DNA from: Callorhinchus milii
Lineage: Eukaryota
NCBI RefSeq assembly: GCF_018977255.1
Contig: NW_024704743.1
Coordinates: forward strand, 7,318,001 to 7,382,000
Length of the DNA: 64,000 nt
Reading direction: 5' to 3'
The position numbers were made by a program, and so were the translations under genes. Positions 38,901 to 49,996 of the stretch are shown here, piece by piece; positions within the stretch are counted from its first letter, which is position 1, and each line of letters starts with the position of its first letter. The notes below the pieces were generated by a model. It had not been told where the DNA came from. It did no database searches and saw only the letters and a program-made list of their open reading frames with translations.

Positions 38901-41900
38901 TTCCTGATCTGCATGCAATTCACCGGATATGAGAGCAACAACAACTTGCATTTATATTGGGTCCTTCACATAGGGTAATGCTTTGGCAGTGCTTTACAGC
39001 GATAAGGTTGGACCCCGAGCAAGGAGGGAGGGAAAGGTGACCAAAGGCACATTCAAAGAGGTAGAATTTGAGCCGTGACAGTGTGGTAGAGGGAGGAAGT
39101 TCCAGAACCTCTCTTGAATGGTTTAACAAAGAGGAAGCTTTCTGGCAGAAGTACAAAATAAATTGAGGTCACTTCTGATTAATATATGGAATATGAGCTT
39201 CATAAGTACCGTAGCTTAGTTTTCAAATTCAGAGAGACTCTTCCCCAGGCTAGAAGGGTGTTCCTAACATAAGTGTTATTATGATATATAACTCAGAGTG
39301 TTGGGGTCATTTGAAAACCTTGTTTTTATCGTCATGAGTTGTTTGTGGGACATTGCTGTGCGCAAATTGGATGCTGCATTTTCCTACAAATACACAGTCA
39401 CTGCACTTCACAGTAAATCCTGTGAAGTGTTTTGGGACATCCTCCCGATGTGAAATACCACATGCAAGTATTATTATTATTATTATTATGGGCATTATAT
39501 AAATGCAAGTTGTTGTATAATTACTAGTGCTCGTGTCAACTAGGAGTCTACAGGTGAAATTCAGAATTTTCCTAAGTGATTTTAAAAAAAAATGTATAAA
39601 GCCATTTTATATTTACTCTCCTCTGCAAAATTCCCAGCTGGTATTCCCCAACTAACAGCCTGTAAATTAACCCCCACATCTTCAAATAATGCCATATTAT
39701 AACCAACCACTAGGTTGCCCCAGAGAGTACCACATGTAACTTCAATTTCCCAGTCCTGCACTTCCACGGTAACTTAGAATCATACAATCATTAAGTTTGT
39801 TACCCTTTGTGCAAAGGAGTTTTGCTCGACCTCCCTTCCTACTCTTAAATTGCTCATTTTTATGTTTGTTTCCCTGATAATTGAACTCTTAGGATTATTT
39901 AGCAGAAGAATGTTATCATTTCCCTCAGTGATATTAAACATTTCAATCAGGTCCACTCAAATGATGCACTTTTTCAAGAATAACAGTCCAAATGTATTTA
40001 AGCTTTTCTCATGACTCATGACTTCACATGTTGTTCATTATAGCATCGTCCTCGTCCCTCACTATTAGCTGTTTGTCAATGTTAATTAATAATAATTATG
40101 TGTTAATTAGTAATAATGAATACATAATTAACATAAAAAATTGAGTAGCATTCACACAAAACATGGAGCAGATTCACACACACACAAAACCTAGAGAGGA
40201 TCTCAAATCCTTAAGCAGATAAATTACAAAACACAGAATGCTTGTGTACAACTGCACCATGGAAACAATTCCATACACACACAGGCAGACACACGACACA
40301 AAAGGTTAGCCAGTGAGACAGGAGGCACAGTTACTTTGTTTTTAAAATCAGAAATCTTTTTTTTGATGAAGTGAAACTCTAGTTTTCCGATTGGGTATGG
40401 CATCTGAAGTGTCTCAGCACTGCTTTCATATTTGGCATTCGTATTAAAATAATACATGATGTACACAGCTGACTCATGACATTTGGAGATGCTTAGCAGC
40501 AAGTAACCAATGAAACCCACCAATAAGTGGAAGTTTGGTCAAAGCTGATTTGAAACAACAATCACTGTTAACACAAGCCCGGTATCATTCAAGTGAGTAA
40601 GAAATACATCATTTGTTTTCCCTTTTAGAGTGCACACATTAGTAATAATAATCCTTGCATTTGATATAGCGCTTTTCACGTCTTCTCGACGTCTCAAAGC
40701 GCTTCACAGAATATGCTGTAAAGTGAATTGACTGTACATTTGTGGGCGAAACGCAGCAACCAATTGCACACCGCAGTGTCCCACAAACAGTCGTGGATTG
40801 AAAATGACCAATTTTTTAAATTGTTTTGGAGGGATTATTATTAGGCGTGTGGAGTAAGGAAACTTGCCCGAGGTTTCTCCCTGCCTGGAATTGAACCCAG
40901 GTATCTCGCTTGCAAGCCGAGTGCTCTAACCACTGAGCTACAGGACTCCACAGTACAGTATAGCAAAGACATTGCAGTTCCTACCTCTGTGCCTCGAATA
41001 TCTCTGGGAATGTAAATCTCTTCAGTCATCTGGACACTTAGACCGAAATCTACCAGCACAGCCTTGGTTGACATGAGAACTATGTTGCTTGCTGTGGGGA
41101 GATTTCCAAATCAGATACACAATTATTTCAAAATTCATTTTGCTGAACAAACAGCCATTCAGGAATCAAAATAGAAAAAAAACTTACGCTTGATGTCGTG
41201 GTGTATAACCTTCTTGGAATGCAGAAAGTCAAGTGCTTTGAGGACATGTTTGGTCAACCATATGATTTCAAATTCCTTCATGGGCCCGGAACTTTCCAGC
41301 TTTTCCAGGACCGAGCCTCCCTCTCCTGCCTCCATAAACAGGTGTATGGTTTCATTCCACAGCAAGGCACCATACAACTCTGCAATGTTCTCATGTCGGA
41401 AGCGAGCTTGAATCTGTATGTCAGCAGGCCTAAAGGATTCCATTGGAATCTAGGAATAAAAGTATATATTTATATATATATACACACACACACACACATT
41501 CTTGAATATGATAAAGCAACTTATCATCTCAAAACATCTCAAAGCTCTTGACGGGGTTTTGATGTACTGTAGAGTGTGTTGACTGCTTATTTTATAGACG
41601 TATATGCAGCCAATTAGTGCAGAGCAATGTCCCACAAACAGCCATGAAATGACTGATGAGTTTTATTTGGGGTGGGGGGATTGTTGGCCAGTGTAACAGG
41701 GTAAACAAGCTTTTTGTTTTGAGGAGTACCACCTGAACGGGCAGACGGGACCTCAGATTAACCTCTCATCTGAAGGACAGCACCTCTGACAAAGAAACAC
41801 CCACCCCGCCACTTTGTTGATGTGTCTGATTTAGACCATGTGAGTTCAAGTCCAGAGGTGGGGCTTGGACCCATAACGTCTGACTCAGAGCTACAAGCAA

Positions 41901-44632
41901 TGGCATCCCACGAAAGGAGCCATTTTCATACACAAGCATGTATCCTTGGATACGGATCCTCTCCTCGCTAAACAATCACAAGCATATCTTTTCAGCACAG
42001 GTCACTGGATGGCAATCAAACCATGACCAACAGTACTATATTCAGCTAACTCAGCACTGACCAGATATTGAACCCGTCACCTTACAGAGGTTTTAAGTGA
42101 TTGTGATATTAGACCATTAGACCATCAAGAAGACGTGAAAAGTGCTATATCAAATGCAACAATTATTATTATTATTATTGTCTCCGAGGTTCACAATGCA
42201 CAAACTTTTAGAAATTGTTTTAATTCCATTTTAATTTCTATCTTCCCGCTCTGAGATGCTATCGCTGTGTAGAAGGTGCTATATAACTGCAAGTTGTGGT
42301 TGTTCTAATTTGGGAGCTTGTTTTTCTGCAAAATCTTAAAAAAGGACCTGCAGAAAAATGGCTTAAAAATTAAAGGCTAATTTAAGAATTTTCTAAACTT
42401 CCACATGGTCTTACATTTTAAGACAATGATTTTAAGGCCTGCGAGCATGAGGGATTGCGAGCTTTTGATTTACATAGCATTCATCTGCTGAGTCATCATG
42501 GGAGTCCCCTCAAAACAGTAATGCAGAAATTCAAAGTATATTAAAGTAATTGCTGCAAAAGTAAAGTAATTAAATAATTCCTTCGCTCACTTGACTCGAG
42601 CTCAGGCCTACTGCACGTCCTCAATCCCTCCACTCCACCTTGCCTTCTGCAACTAAGCGCCGACTCTCTGGAATTCTCTGCCTCAATCCCTCCATCTTAC
42701 CCCCTCTTTGCCTGTCTTGAGATCCACGTCTTTGACCGTGCTTACGGTCACCTCCCCTTTCTCCCCAGCTCGCCGTCAAACCATGCCATTGTTAAGCGCT
42801 TAGAGACCCTACCGCATGTGAAAGGCGCAATATAAATGCAAGTTGTTGTTGTTTCTCTCTGGCACCCTCCATATTTTTTTGAAGGGAGAGCGGGGGAGTA
42901 CAACAACTTAAGGTTTCCTGATTAGTGTTCACTTGGCCATAATAATTCAACAGTCAAGATTGCGTGCAGTGACAGCTGGCATCCACATTTCACCCATAAA
43001 TATGCAGTCAATTCACTTTACAGTCTATTCTGTGAAGTGCTTTGAGACGTCTAGAAGACGTGAAAAGTGCTACATCAAATGCAAGGATTATTATTATTAG
43101 TAGTAGTATTATCCCGGGTAAAGCTCACGTGAGGAATCGGTACGCAATAGTGTGGCTGTGACATGCTCTACACTTCCTGCAAGGCAATACGATTCCTATC
43201 ACAAAAATGTTAATTGTAACTTTCTTTCAAGAATTTTAAAGTATTAGCAAATGCAATTACATTTAACTGCGACAACAAGGACCCCTCATGGTCCAAAATC
43301 AAAGGGAAAGGTGACCATTTTCTGGGTACTGCAAGAGTTAATGTTATTTAGGATTAATATTCTAGAATTCACCTTTGGTTTAGTACAGATCTTTCATGTT
43401 TAATCCCTATTGCTCATGTTTAGAACTTTACTGAAAACCAATTTCTACAGATGATACTTAGAAGTCTGTGTATTTCGATTAATGTCTTTTATGTATTCAA
43501 AAAAAAAGAAAAACAAAGTTTCTAAATGACTGTACCAATTTGCACGCCATTCTCTTTCTGGTTTCTCGGTCCTGGGCAAGATGACACTTTCCAAAAGCTC
43601 CTCGAGGAATGTAGTCAACACCAATGTCCCTGCGGGCAAATTTCCATGGAAACAAGAAGACTTCGGAATCAACCTGATAATGCCCATTTTTTATACAAAT
43701 GTCTTTCTGCAAAGATAAAAGTAAAACACCAGAAGTTAGAAAAACTCTTCTCTCTCTTTTCACTCCCCCCCACCCCCCACCCCCAACCCTCATGTTAGTT
43801 TGAGGAACAAAGCTGCTTTGTGACTAAGAAAGAAACAAACATCTACAATTTACCAGCACTTCCTTAGTGTCAGAAAATAAGTTAATCGAGAGTAGATGAT
43901 ATTAAACCTCAATTTATAATTTATAATAATTTATAACAATTTATAATAACTGTTCTTATATCTGAACGATTCGATCAATATTAATGTACGGTCTATCTTT
44001 GTGTGTCAGGTAAAGTAGCTTTAAAACTATAATTTCTAAAACAGTTACACATGTACCTTTAAGAGAGCAGAAGTCACATAAGAGTACTAGAAACATTCTT
44101 GATTTATTTGCAGTCTACTGTTGGGTGGAATACAGAAATGTGTGTATTATTATTTTTGTAATTATTGACCACAGCCAATTCACTTTGCAGTATACTCTGT
44201 GAAGCGCTTTGAGACGTCTCGAAGGCCGTGATAAGGCGCTGTGTCAAATCCAAGGATTACGAGTAGTATCATCAGATTCCTCACCTTATTCAATATTATT
44301 CCTGCGTCGCGCTTCTTCAGGTGTTGGTGGTGACTCCGGGAAGTGTTCGACACCTGATTTGCGAAGCTGAGCAAATCCTTCACTGTCCCATATCTGACTG
44401 AGAGGAAGAGAGACTCATTGCCATCTCCTCCTTCCTCCTCCTCCTCCTCCTCCTCCTCCTGCTGCTGCTGCTGCTGCTGATGATGATCTCCCAGAGAGAG
44501 ACGACTCTGGTGGTACAGTCCAGTCTCCTCCAGGGGATACAGCGAGTCCATCACATCTATCATGTGGTCCATGTGAGCCCACAGTGATTCCAAGCTCGAG
44601 GTCTCCAGCCGTCCAGTCAGCGCGTACTCCAT
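32870..44632 (-). CDS. MAP3K8: MAP3K8 (TPL2/COT) Ser/Thr kinase, whole spliced CDS: join(44632-44285,43706-43536,41449-41188,41091-40985,37566-37414,35444-35198,32997-32870), 471 aa
   Basis: The exons splice in frame (348+171+262+107+153+247+128 = 1416 nt) with GT-AG introns. TPL2 hallmarks are present: SVRYGTV, Pro-containing G-loop [40 protein letters not shown] and C-terminal [12 protein letters not shown]...EYG*. Confidence 0.97.
33600..34010 (+). mobile_element. Degenerate L2 3' end in the last MAP3K8 intron
   Basis: ttcagc...ctctggaactccatccc-like motif and tail tcttgggacttcctctagttgaaaggcactgtat. Confidence 0.65.
35198..35444 (-). CDS. MAP3K8: MAP3K8 coding exon 6 ([15 protein letters not shown]...LELPEQIC)
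   Basis: Acceptor tttttctccgtag|, donor TGTG|GTATGT. Includes [13 protein letters not shown]; 247 nt. Confidence 0.96.
35500..35785 (-). mobile_element. SINE family B, head truncated
   Basis: Reverse complement of the family B sequence. Confidence 0.85.
37414..37566 (-). CDS. MAP3K8: MAP3K8 coding exon 5 ([23 protein letters not shown]...SYLYI)
   Basis: Acceptor tttcttgcag|, donor ATC|GTAAGT; 153 nt. Confidence 0.96.
40643..40950 (-). mobile_element. SINE family B, full-length, about 35 nt downstream of the MAP3K8 exon 4 donor
   Basis: Reverse complement of gtggagtcctgtagctcag...ggattattatt. Confidence 0.9.
40985..41091 (-). CDS. MAP3K8: MAP3K8 coding exon 4 ([17 protein letters not shown]...RGTE)
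   Basis: Acceptor tccccacag|, donor GAG|GTAGGA. Contains DFG and the activation loop; 107 nt. The preceding intron is only 96 bp. Confidence 0.96.
41188..41449 (-). CDS. MAP3K8: MAP3K8 coding exon 3 ([10 protein letters not shown]...HHDIK)
   Basis: Acceptor tttattcctag|, donor AAGC|GTAAGT. Encodes [12 protein letters not shown]...[16 protein letters not shown]...HHDIK; 262 nt. Confidence 0.97.
41500..41895 (-). mobile_element. SINE family A in a MAP3K8 intron
   Basis: Reverse core and ctgactcagag head. Confidence 0.7.
43536..43706 (-). CDS. MAP3K8: MAP3K8 coding exon 2 ([16 protein letters not shown]...RMACKL)
   Basis: Acceptor ttttatctttgcag|, donor TTG|GTACAG. Contains the G-loop and catalytic Lys; 171 nt, phase 0/0. 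Confidence 0.94.
44285..44632 (-). CDS. MAP3K8: MAP3K8 coding exon 1 (MEYALTG...GIILNK)
   Basis: ATG at 44632; MEY start, DVMDSLY and [19 protein letters not shown] match the TPL2 N-terminus. Donor AAG|GTGAGG at 44285/44284; probable acceptor cag| 9 nt upstream of the ATG (exon start 44641). Confidence 0.93.
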
Positions 44633-44859
44633 ACCTTTGACCTGTCCCCAAAATCAGAGGCGAGGGGGTGGGTTGTGGGGTCTGAGGGGATCACCGACAC
44701 GGGACAGGGCTGAGCCACACCGAGCGGGTCTCACCCATCCCCTGAGAGCTGAAGCCACTGACCGGCCAGACTGTCAGCAGTCAGTGTCACACCGACACCG
44801 ACACCGACACTCAGACACAGACAGAGCGCAGTGTGAGAGCCGCAGAGCCTCTCCGGAGG

Positions 44860-44990
44860 GCACTCACTCACTCACTCACTCACTGACTGCACGAACCAGA
44901 TTTGGGTGCGAGTCGGGTTTCGGGGGCGGAGAGAGGGGAAGCGAAAGTAGGAGGAGCGGAACCCAAATAGAGCGGTTATATAGTTCACTG
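44860..44990 (-). promoter_or_regulatory. Candidate MAP3K8 proximal promoter / 5' UTR region
   Basis: CpG-rich. Minus-strand TATATAA at 44982-44976; ETS-IRF composite GGAAGCGAAAGT at 44937-44948; GC box GGGGCGGAG at about 44923-44931; (TCAC)n at about 44861-44884. Confidence 0.5.
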
Positions 44991-45163
44991 AGAGGGGGAA
45001 CTACACTGCACTTACACTCCGCGGACACACGTCCCCGCAGTCCAGAGGCTGAAACCGGTCAGTGCCCCATCTCACACCCCTCACAGCTGCTCGGGGGCCG
45101 CCGCCCTGTGAGGTGCGGGTGAAGGCTCCCAAATACTTACTGATCTGTCAATATCGATCACTT

Positions 45164-45827
45164 GTGGTGGTGGTGGGGTGGGCGGTGAGGGGGGGTGGGG
45201 GGCTGGTGGTGGGGGGGGTGGGGGCTGGTGGTGGGGGGGGGAGGGGGGGTGGGGGGCTGGTGGTGGGGGGGGTGGGGGCTGGTGGTGGGGGGGGGGGAGG
45301 GGGGGTGGGGGGCTGGTGGTGGGGGGGGTGGGGGCTGGTGGTGGGGGGGGAGGGGGGGTGGGGGGCTGGTGGTGGGGGGGTGGGGGCTGGTGGTGGGGGG
45401 GGTGGGGGCTGGTGGTGGGGGGTGGGGGCTGGTGGTGGGGGGGAGGGGGGTGGGGGCTGGTGGTGGTGGGGGGGGTGAGGGCTGGTGGTGGGGGCTGGTG
45501 GTGGGGGGGTGGGGGCTGGTGGTGGGGGGGTGGGGGCTGGTGGTGGGGGGGGAGGGGGCTGGTGGTGGGGGCTGGTGGTGGGGGGAAGGGGGTGGGGGCT
45601 GGTGGTGGGGGGGAGGGGGCTGGTGGGGGGGGTGGGGGCTGGTGGTGGGGTGGGGGGTGGGGGCTGGTAGGGGGGTGGGGGGGGTGGGGGCTGGTGGTGG
45701 GGTGGGTGGGGCTGCTGGTGGGGGGGGGGGGGTGGGGGGTGGTGGGGGGGGGGGGCTGGTGGTGGGGGGGGAGGGGGGTGGGGGCTGGTGGTGGGGGGGG
45801 AGGGGGGGTGGGGGGCTGGTGGTGGGG
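45164..45827 (+). repeat. G-rich minisatellite, (GGGGCTGGTGGTGGGGGG)n-like, G-quadruplex prone
   Basis: About 660 nt of almost pure G/T with a recurring ggggctggtggtgggg unit. Confidence 0.95.
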
Positions 45828-45959
45828 ATTTCATTTCACTTTGGGAGGTTTTTTTTAAACCCAAAAGGAGAATGCATTGTCCTGAGAAATACTGCCATTG
45901 AAAATTCTGTCTCTACACCACCCACAGACACACAGACAGACAGAGAGACACAGAGACAG

Positions 45960-46390
45960 ACAACAACAACAACAACAACAAGATTTCATTTATAGAGCGC
46001 CTTTCACGTCAGGAGGACGTCCCAAGGCGCTGCACAGTTGGGTCATGACCCGAGCAGGGGGGAAATGGTCAGGGTGAGGGGAGGGAAGAGAGGGAGCGAG
46101 GAGGGGGAAATGGTCAGGGTGAGGGGAGGGAAGGGAGGGAGCGAGAAGGGGGAAGAGAGTCGAGAGGGGAGCTGAAGGCACGGTCAAAGAGAAAGGTCTT
46201 GAGACCGGCCTTGAAGGAGGAGAGGGAGGAAGCGGCGAAGGCACTGGGGGATAGAGTTCCAGAGCCTCGGGGCTGAGAGGCTGAAGGCCCGACCACCAAT
46301 GGTAGGGCGATTGGGGCGGGGGATGTGGAGCAGACCGGAGCCAGAGGAACGGAGGGTACGGGCAGGTAAGTAGTGGAATAGTAGGTCAGA
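45960..46390 (-). mobile_element. L2 3' fragment with a duplicated 3' UTR unit
   Basis: Same tail and duplication as 10666-10876, plus C-terminal coding sequence (GGRAFSLSAPRLWNS-like). Confidence 0.88.
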
Positions 46391-46535
46391 CAGACAGACA
46401 GAGAGACACAGAGAGGCAAACAGGAGGATAAGCTGAAAGAGATTCTGGAGCCAGGCAGCTCTAACCCAAGCAGCTTAAGCCTGGCAGTTTTTACAGAGTG
46501 TGTGTGTGTGTGTAAAAAGAAATGCAAAGGAAAGT

Positions 46536-46857
46536 GTGGAGTCCTGTAGCTCAATGGTTAGGGCACTCGCTTTGCAAGTGAGAGACCTGAGTTCAATTCC
46601 AGGCAGAGGGCGAAACCTTGGGCAAGTTTCCTTACTCCACACAGAGCCTAATAATAATCCCTCCAAAACCAAAAACAATAATAAATTGGTTAATTTCAAT
46701 CTACGACTGTTTGTGGGACATTGCTGTGCGCAATTGGCTGCCGCGTTCACCCACAAATATACTGTCAATTCACTTTACAGTGTGTTCTGTGAAGCGCTTT
46801 GGAACGTCCTCCCGACGTGAAAAGCGCTATATCAAATGCAAGGATTATTATTATTAT
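46536..46857 (+). mobile_element. SINE family B, full-length
   Basis: gtggagtcctgtagctcaatggttagggcactcgctttgcaag...ggattattattattat. Confidence 0.9.
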
Positions 46858-47694
46858 AAGTGTGGACCAATGTACCTGGAAATGGTGATGAGTTCCCCCC
46901 CCCTCAAAAGGTGCTGCTTTTATAGGATTTATAGGATCAGGATTGCATCCGAATTGGGGCAGAACAACATCCAGGTCCAGAGCTTAATATCCCCCCCCCC
47001 AACCCCCTCTCAGTTTGTCTCACAAAAAAAAACTTGACACAAGAGAAGAGGAAGCAGCCCAAGTTTCACAATGCAAACAGGAAATGCGGTCAAACTGTGA
47101 CCCCCCAACCCACCACCTCCACTCACTGCGACAATAAATACTAACCAACAAACATCACCAGTTTGATTCAGAAATAACCTGGCAATGGGGCGAGATTCTC
47201 ACTTATTTTTACGCGCACGAGTATCGCATTTCACGCCCACCCTGAACAAAACCGATGCTCCAAACAAAAAAATGTTAAAAGAAAAGGCAAAGAAGCTGAA
47301 GACAAATAAAAGAAAATGAAAACAAGTCGCTGTGGGGGTGGAGGAGGGAGGTCGATCAGTGGACAAGGCTGACCCAGGCTGGGAAATTCCGATAGACTCA
47401 CGTCAACACAAATGTGATGTGATCCACTGCAGAGACATTAACCAGTTCATTATTACTTTCATATAATTCTGGAATTAAGCCATTGACAGTATCTTTCTAT
47501 TGATTTACTTGCCCCCTATTGCACTCAGTGCACCTGTGTGGGGGTAGCATCTCGGATAATTATAATGATAATACAATTAGGTAACAATTTAAAGTTTAGT
47601 TGTTGAAATGCAATATCAGCTAATGTGAAGCGTTATCTTTACACATTATTCATTCCTACAAATACATAACAAACACACATTACTGTAAATAGTG

Positions 47695-48010
47695 ACATAG
47701 TGGTAATAGCCCATGTTAAACGAGAGGAACTGGATTCAATTCCCTCACAGGACGAAACCTTAGGCAAGTTTCCTTACTCCACGCACCTCTGTTTTCCCAG
47801 CAGTAAGTAGGAACCCGGATCATTTCCGGGGGTAATAATCTCTTTTAAAAAACATTTTTTTCTTTGTGGGACATTGCTGTGTGCAATTGGCTGCACATTT
47901 TGCCCACAAAATATACAGTCAATCCCCTTTACAATATATTTTCTGAAGCGCTTTGAGACGTCCCAACAACATGACAAGGAGCGATACCAAATGCAAGGAT
48001 TATTATTAAT
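47695..48010 (+). mobile_element. SINE family C
   Basis: ccttaggcaagtttccttactccacgcacctctgttttcccagcagtaagtaggaacccgg plus the shared tail. Confidence 0.75.
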
Positions 48011-48879
48011 GTCAGGTTTTTATTTTTGGTTTGTAGACATTGGTGGTATATTTACATGTTTTAAAAAAATTAGGAGATGCGAGAAAGCAGAAGAACTTTA
48101 TCGCAATGTGGTCAAACGGCTGCAGTTGTCAAAAACGAATGCGGGAACCTTAGGAGTCGGTGTACCTTTAAGAGCTCTTTATCTCTTTCTTTGTCTCACC
48201 CTTCCCCCCCCCAGCAATTGCCAGTAAATGGCAGCCTGGTTTCTGCCATGGTTACTGATCCTTTATTTGGGCATGGGAGGCTTCCCCAAGCACGTCAACG
48301 TTACGCAGAGCTTTTTTCCCCTATGACCTCGTTTCTGAAATATCAGAAACTTGGACCTGTGCCATTTCCTTGTGTCATTTGTGTACGAGACCTGTACGTT
48401 AGATGGTTTCAAGCTTCCCCACGTGGACAAACACACATACACGCATAACCACTCACATTGTACTGGCTGGTTTACTTGGAAGCCACTCTGCCCACCCAAA
48501 TCTACATAGGAAACAAGACAATCATATTCTCAGTAGATCAAGCTCTCGCTAGAGCTTGCTTTCTTGATCGGAGTTTCCCAGGAATGTGGGATGTTCAGAT
48601 CTCATTCCTCACTCCTTGATTTTTTTATGCATGTGGGTGAATATTGAATTGATATACATATAAATTAGTCATTTCCTCCCCTTCCCCCTCCGCGCCCCCC
48701 CCACCCCAAAAATGTAATCTAGATCAAGAGTCCTGTAGTTGCCAGTTGTTCTGGTGGTTATTTCTCTGGAATAGGGTGCAGAAGAAGAGTGTGTGTGGGA
48801 GGGTGGGGGCGACGTATACTTCACTCTTCCAAAAAGAAATCAAAACTGAAATGTTTTGCATAATGTTGTTTCATTCTCA

Positions 48880-49210
48880 ATGCATTCTCACCTCTGAGTC
48901 AGAAGGCTGTGAATTCATAGCCTAAGGTGAGACTCCAAGGCAAAGCTGCGGGGTTTGGGGGAGTGGTGGGGGATTGTGTTGTCAGAGAGACTATATTTCA
49001 GATGAGTTGATATATTGAGGTCCCGTCTGCCTGTTCGGGTGGGTTTTAGTTTTATTGTTAAAAATCCCATGGCACTGATCATAAAGTGAAGGGAGTTTCT
49101 CATACTTTTCTGGCCAAACAACTACCCAAATAAAATTACCATTTGTTTCATTGCTGTTTGTGGGACATTGCCCACCTCTGTCCGGATATATCAAATGCAA
49201 AGATTATTAT
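48880..49210 (+). mobile_element. SINE family A
   Basis: cacctctgagtcagaagg head; core gaggtcccgtctgcctgttc...atcccatggcact. Confidence 0.72.
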
Positions 49211-49334
49211 TAAAACTCTTTTCTTCATCTACAGAATATTGTCTATCTCCCGCCATATCTCACCCCAAACAATAATAATAAGCCATTACATTATATGGTA
49301 ATAATATTGCCATTATTATAAGTTTTTTTTAGAA

Positions 49335-49640
49335 AGCAGTGCTGGGGATGTGCTGCAATGTTGGTGGTGCTGTCCTTTGTCCCTGAGACGTTGAGTCCTG
49401 GTTGCCTGATCGGGAGGAAGTTAAATATCCCATGGCGTTATTCAAAAAGAGAAGGGAGTTTCTCCCGGTGTCCTGGCCAACAATCCCCCAGATATATAAA
49501 AAAAAGTCATTCACTTCATGGCTGTCTGTGGGACGTTGCTGCCCGTTCACTCACAATACAGTTGTTCCACTTTACAGTCTATCCTGTGAATCGCTTTGAG
49601 ATGTGAAAGGCACTATATCAAGTGCAAGGATTATTATTGT
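49335..49640 (+). mobile_element. SINE family A, 5'-truncated
   Basis: Core and tail ending in ggattattattg. Confidence 0.72.
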
Positions 49641-49996
49641 TACCCTTGGAGGCCTTACCCAAGGAGCATACCCCCAGGCCAGTGTCCAAAGTTTGCACTC
49701 TATCGCCTAAGTCTGGGCTCTGAACAGGTTTGCCAGAAGTTAAAACACATTTATAGCCCAAAGTCAACGAAATACAAGCCAAAAAGTAGCCCGATAATAC
49801 AAGTCATCTACTATGGGTAGCGGAGTGGCCGATTTAGGTTAGTGCTTCGGAAACTATGTCAGAAAAGGTCTTGAACTCCCAAATGTAAGCACCTGACGTT
49901 AACGTTACAGCGCACAGAGACGCAAAATTAATCCCCACCCAAGCCGTAGTTTTGCATCCGAATTGGGCATTAACCTGTCCAACCTGACAGCTTTGG

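Noticed and set aside
45062..45995. Long Gly/Trp-rich and Pro-rich ORFs (226-266 aa)
   Set aside because: They are translations of the G-rich minisatellite, which lacks stop codons by composition.
46536..46605. tRNA-Ala(TGC)-like sequences (also near 28468, 40950, 58237, 58436, 60879)
   Set aside because: These are SINE heads: no proper acceptor stem, and each continues into a SINE body and tail.
46618..47037. Recurrent short ORFs such as MGKFPYSTQ... and ...[12 protein letters not shown]
   Set aside because: Chance translations of the repeated SINE body and (TTA)n tail.
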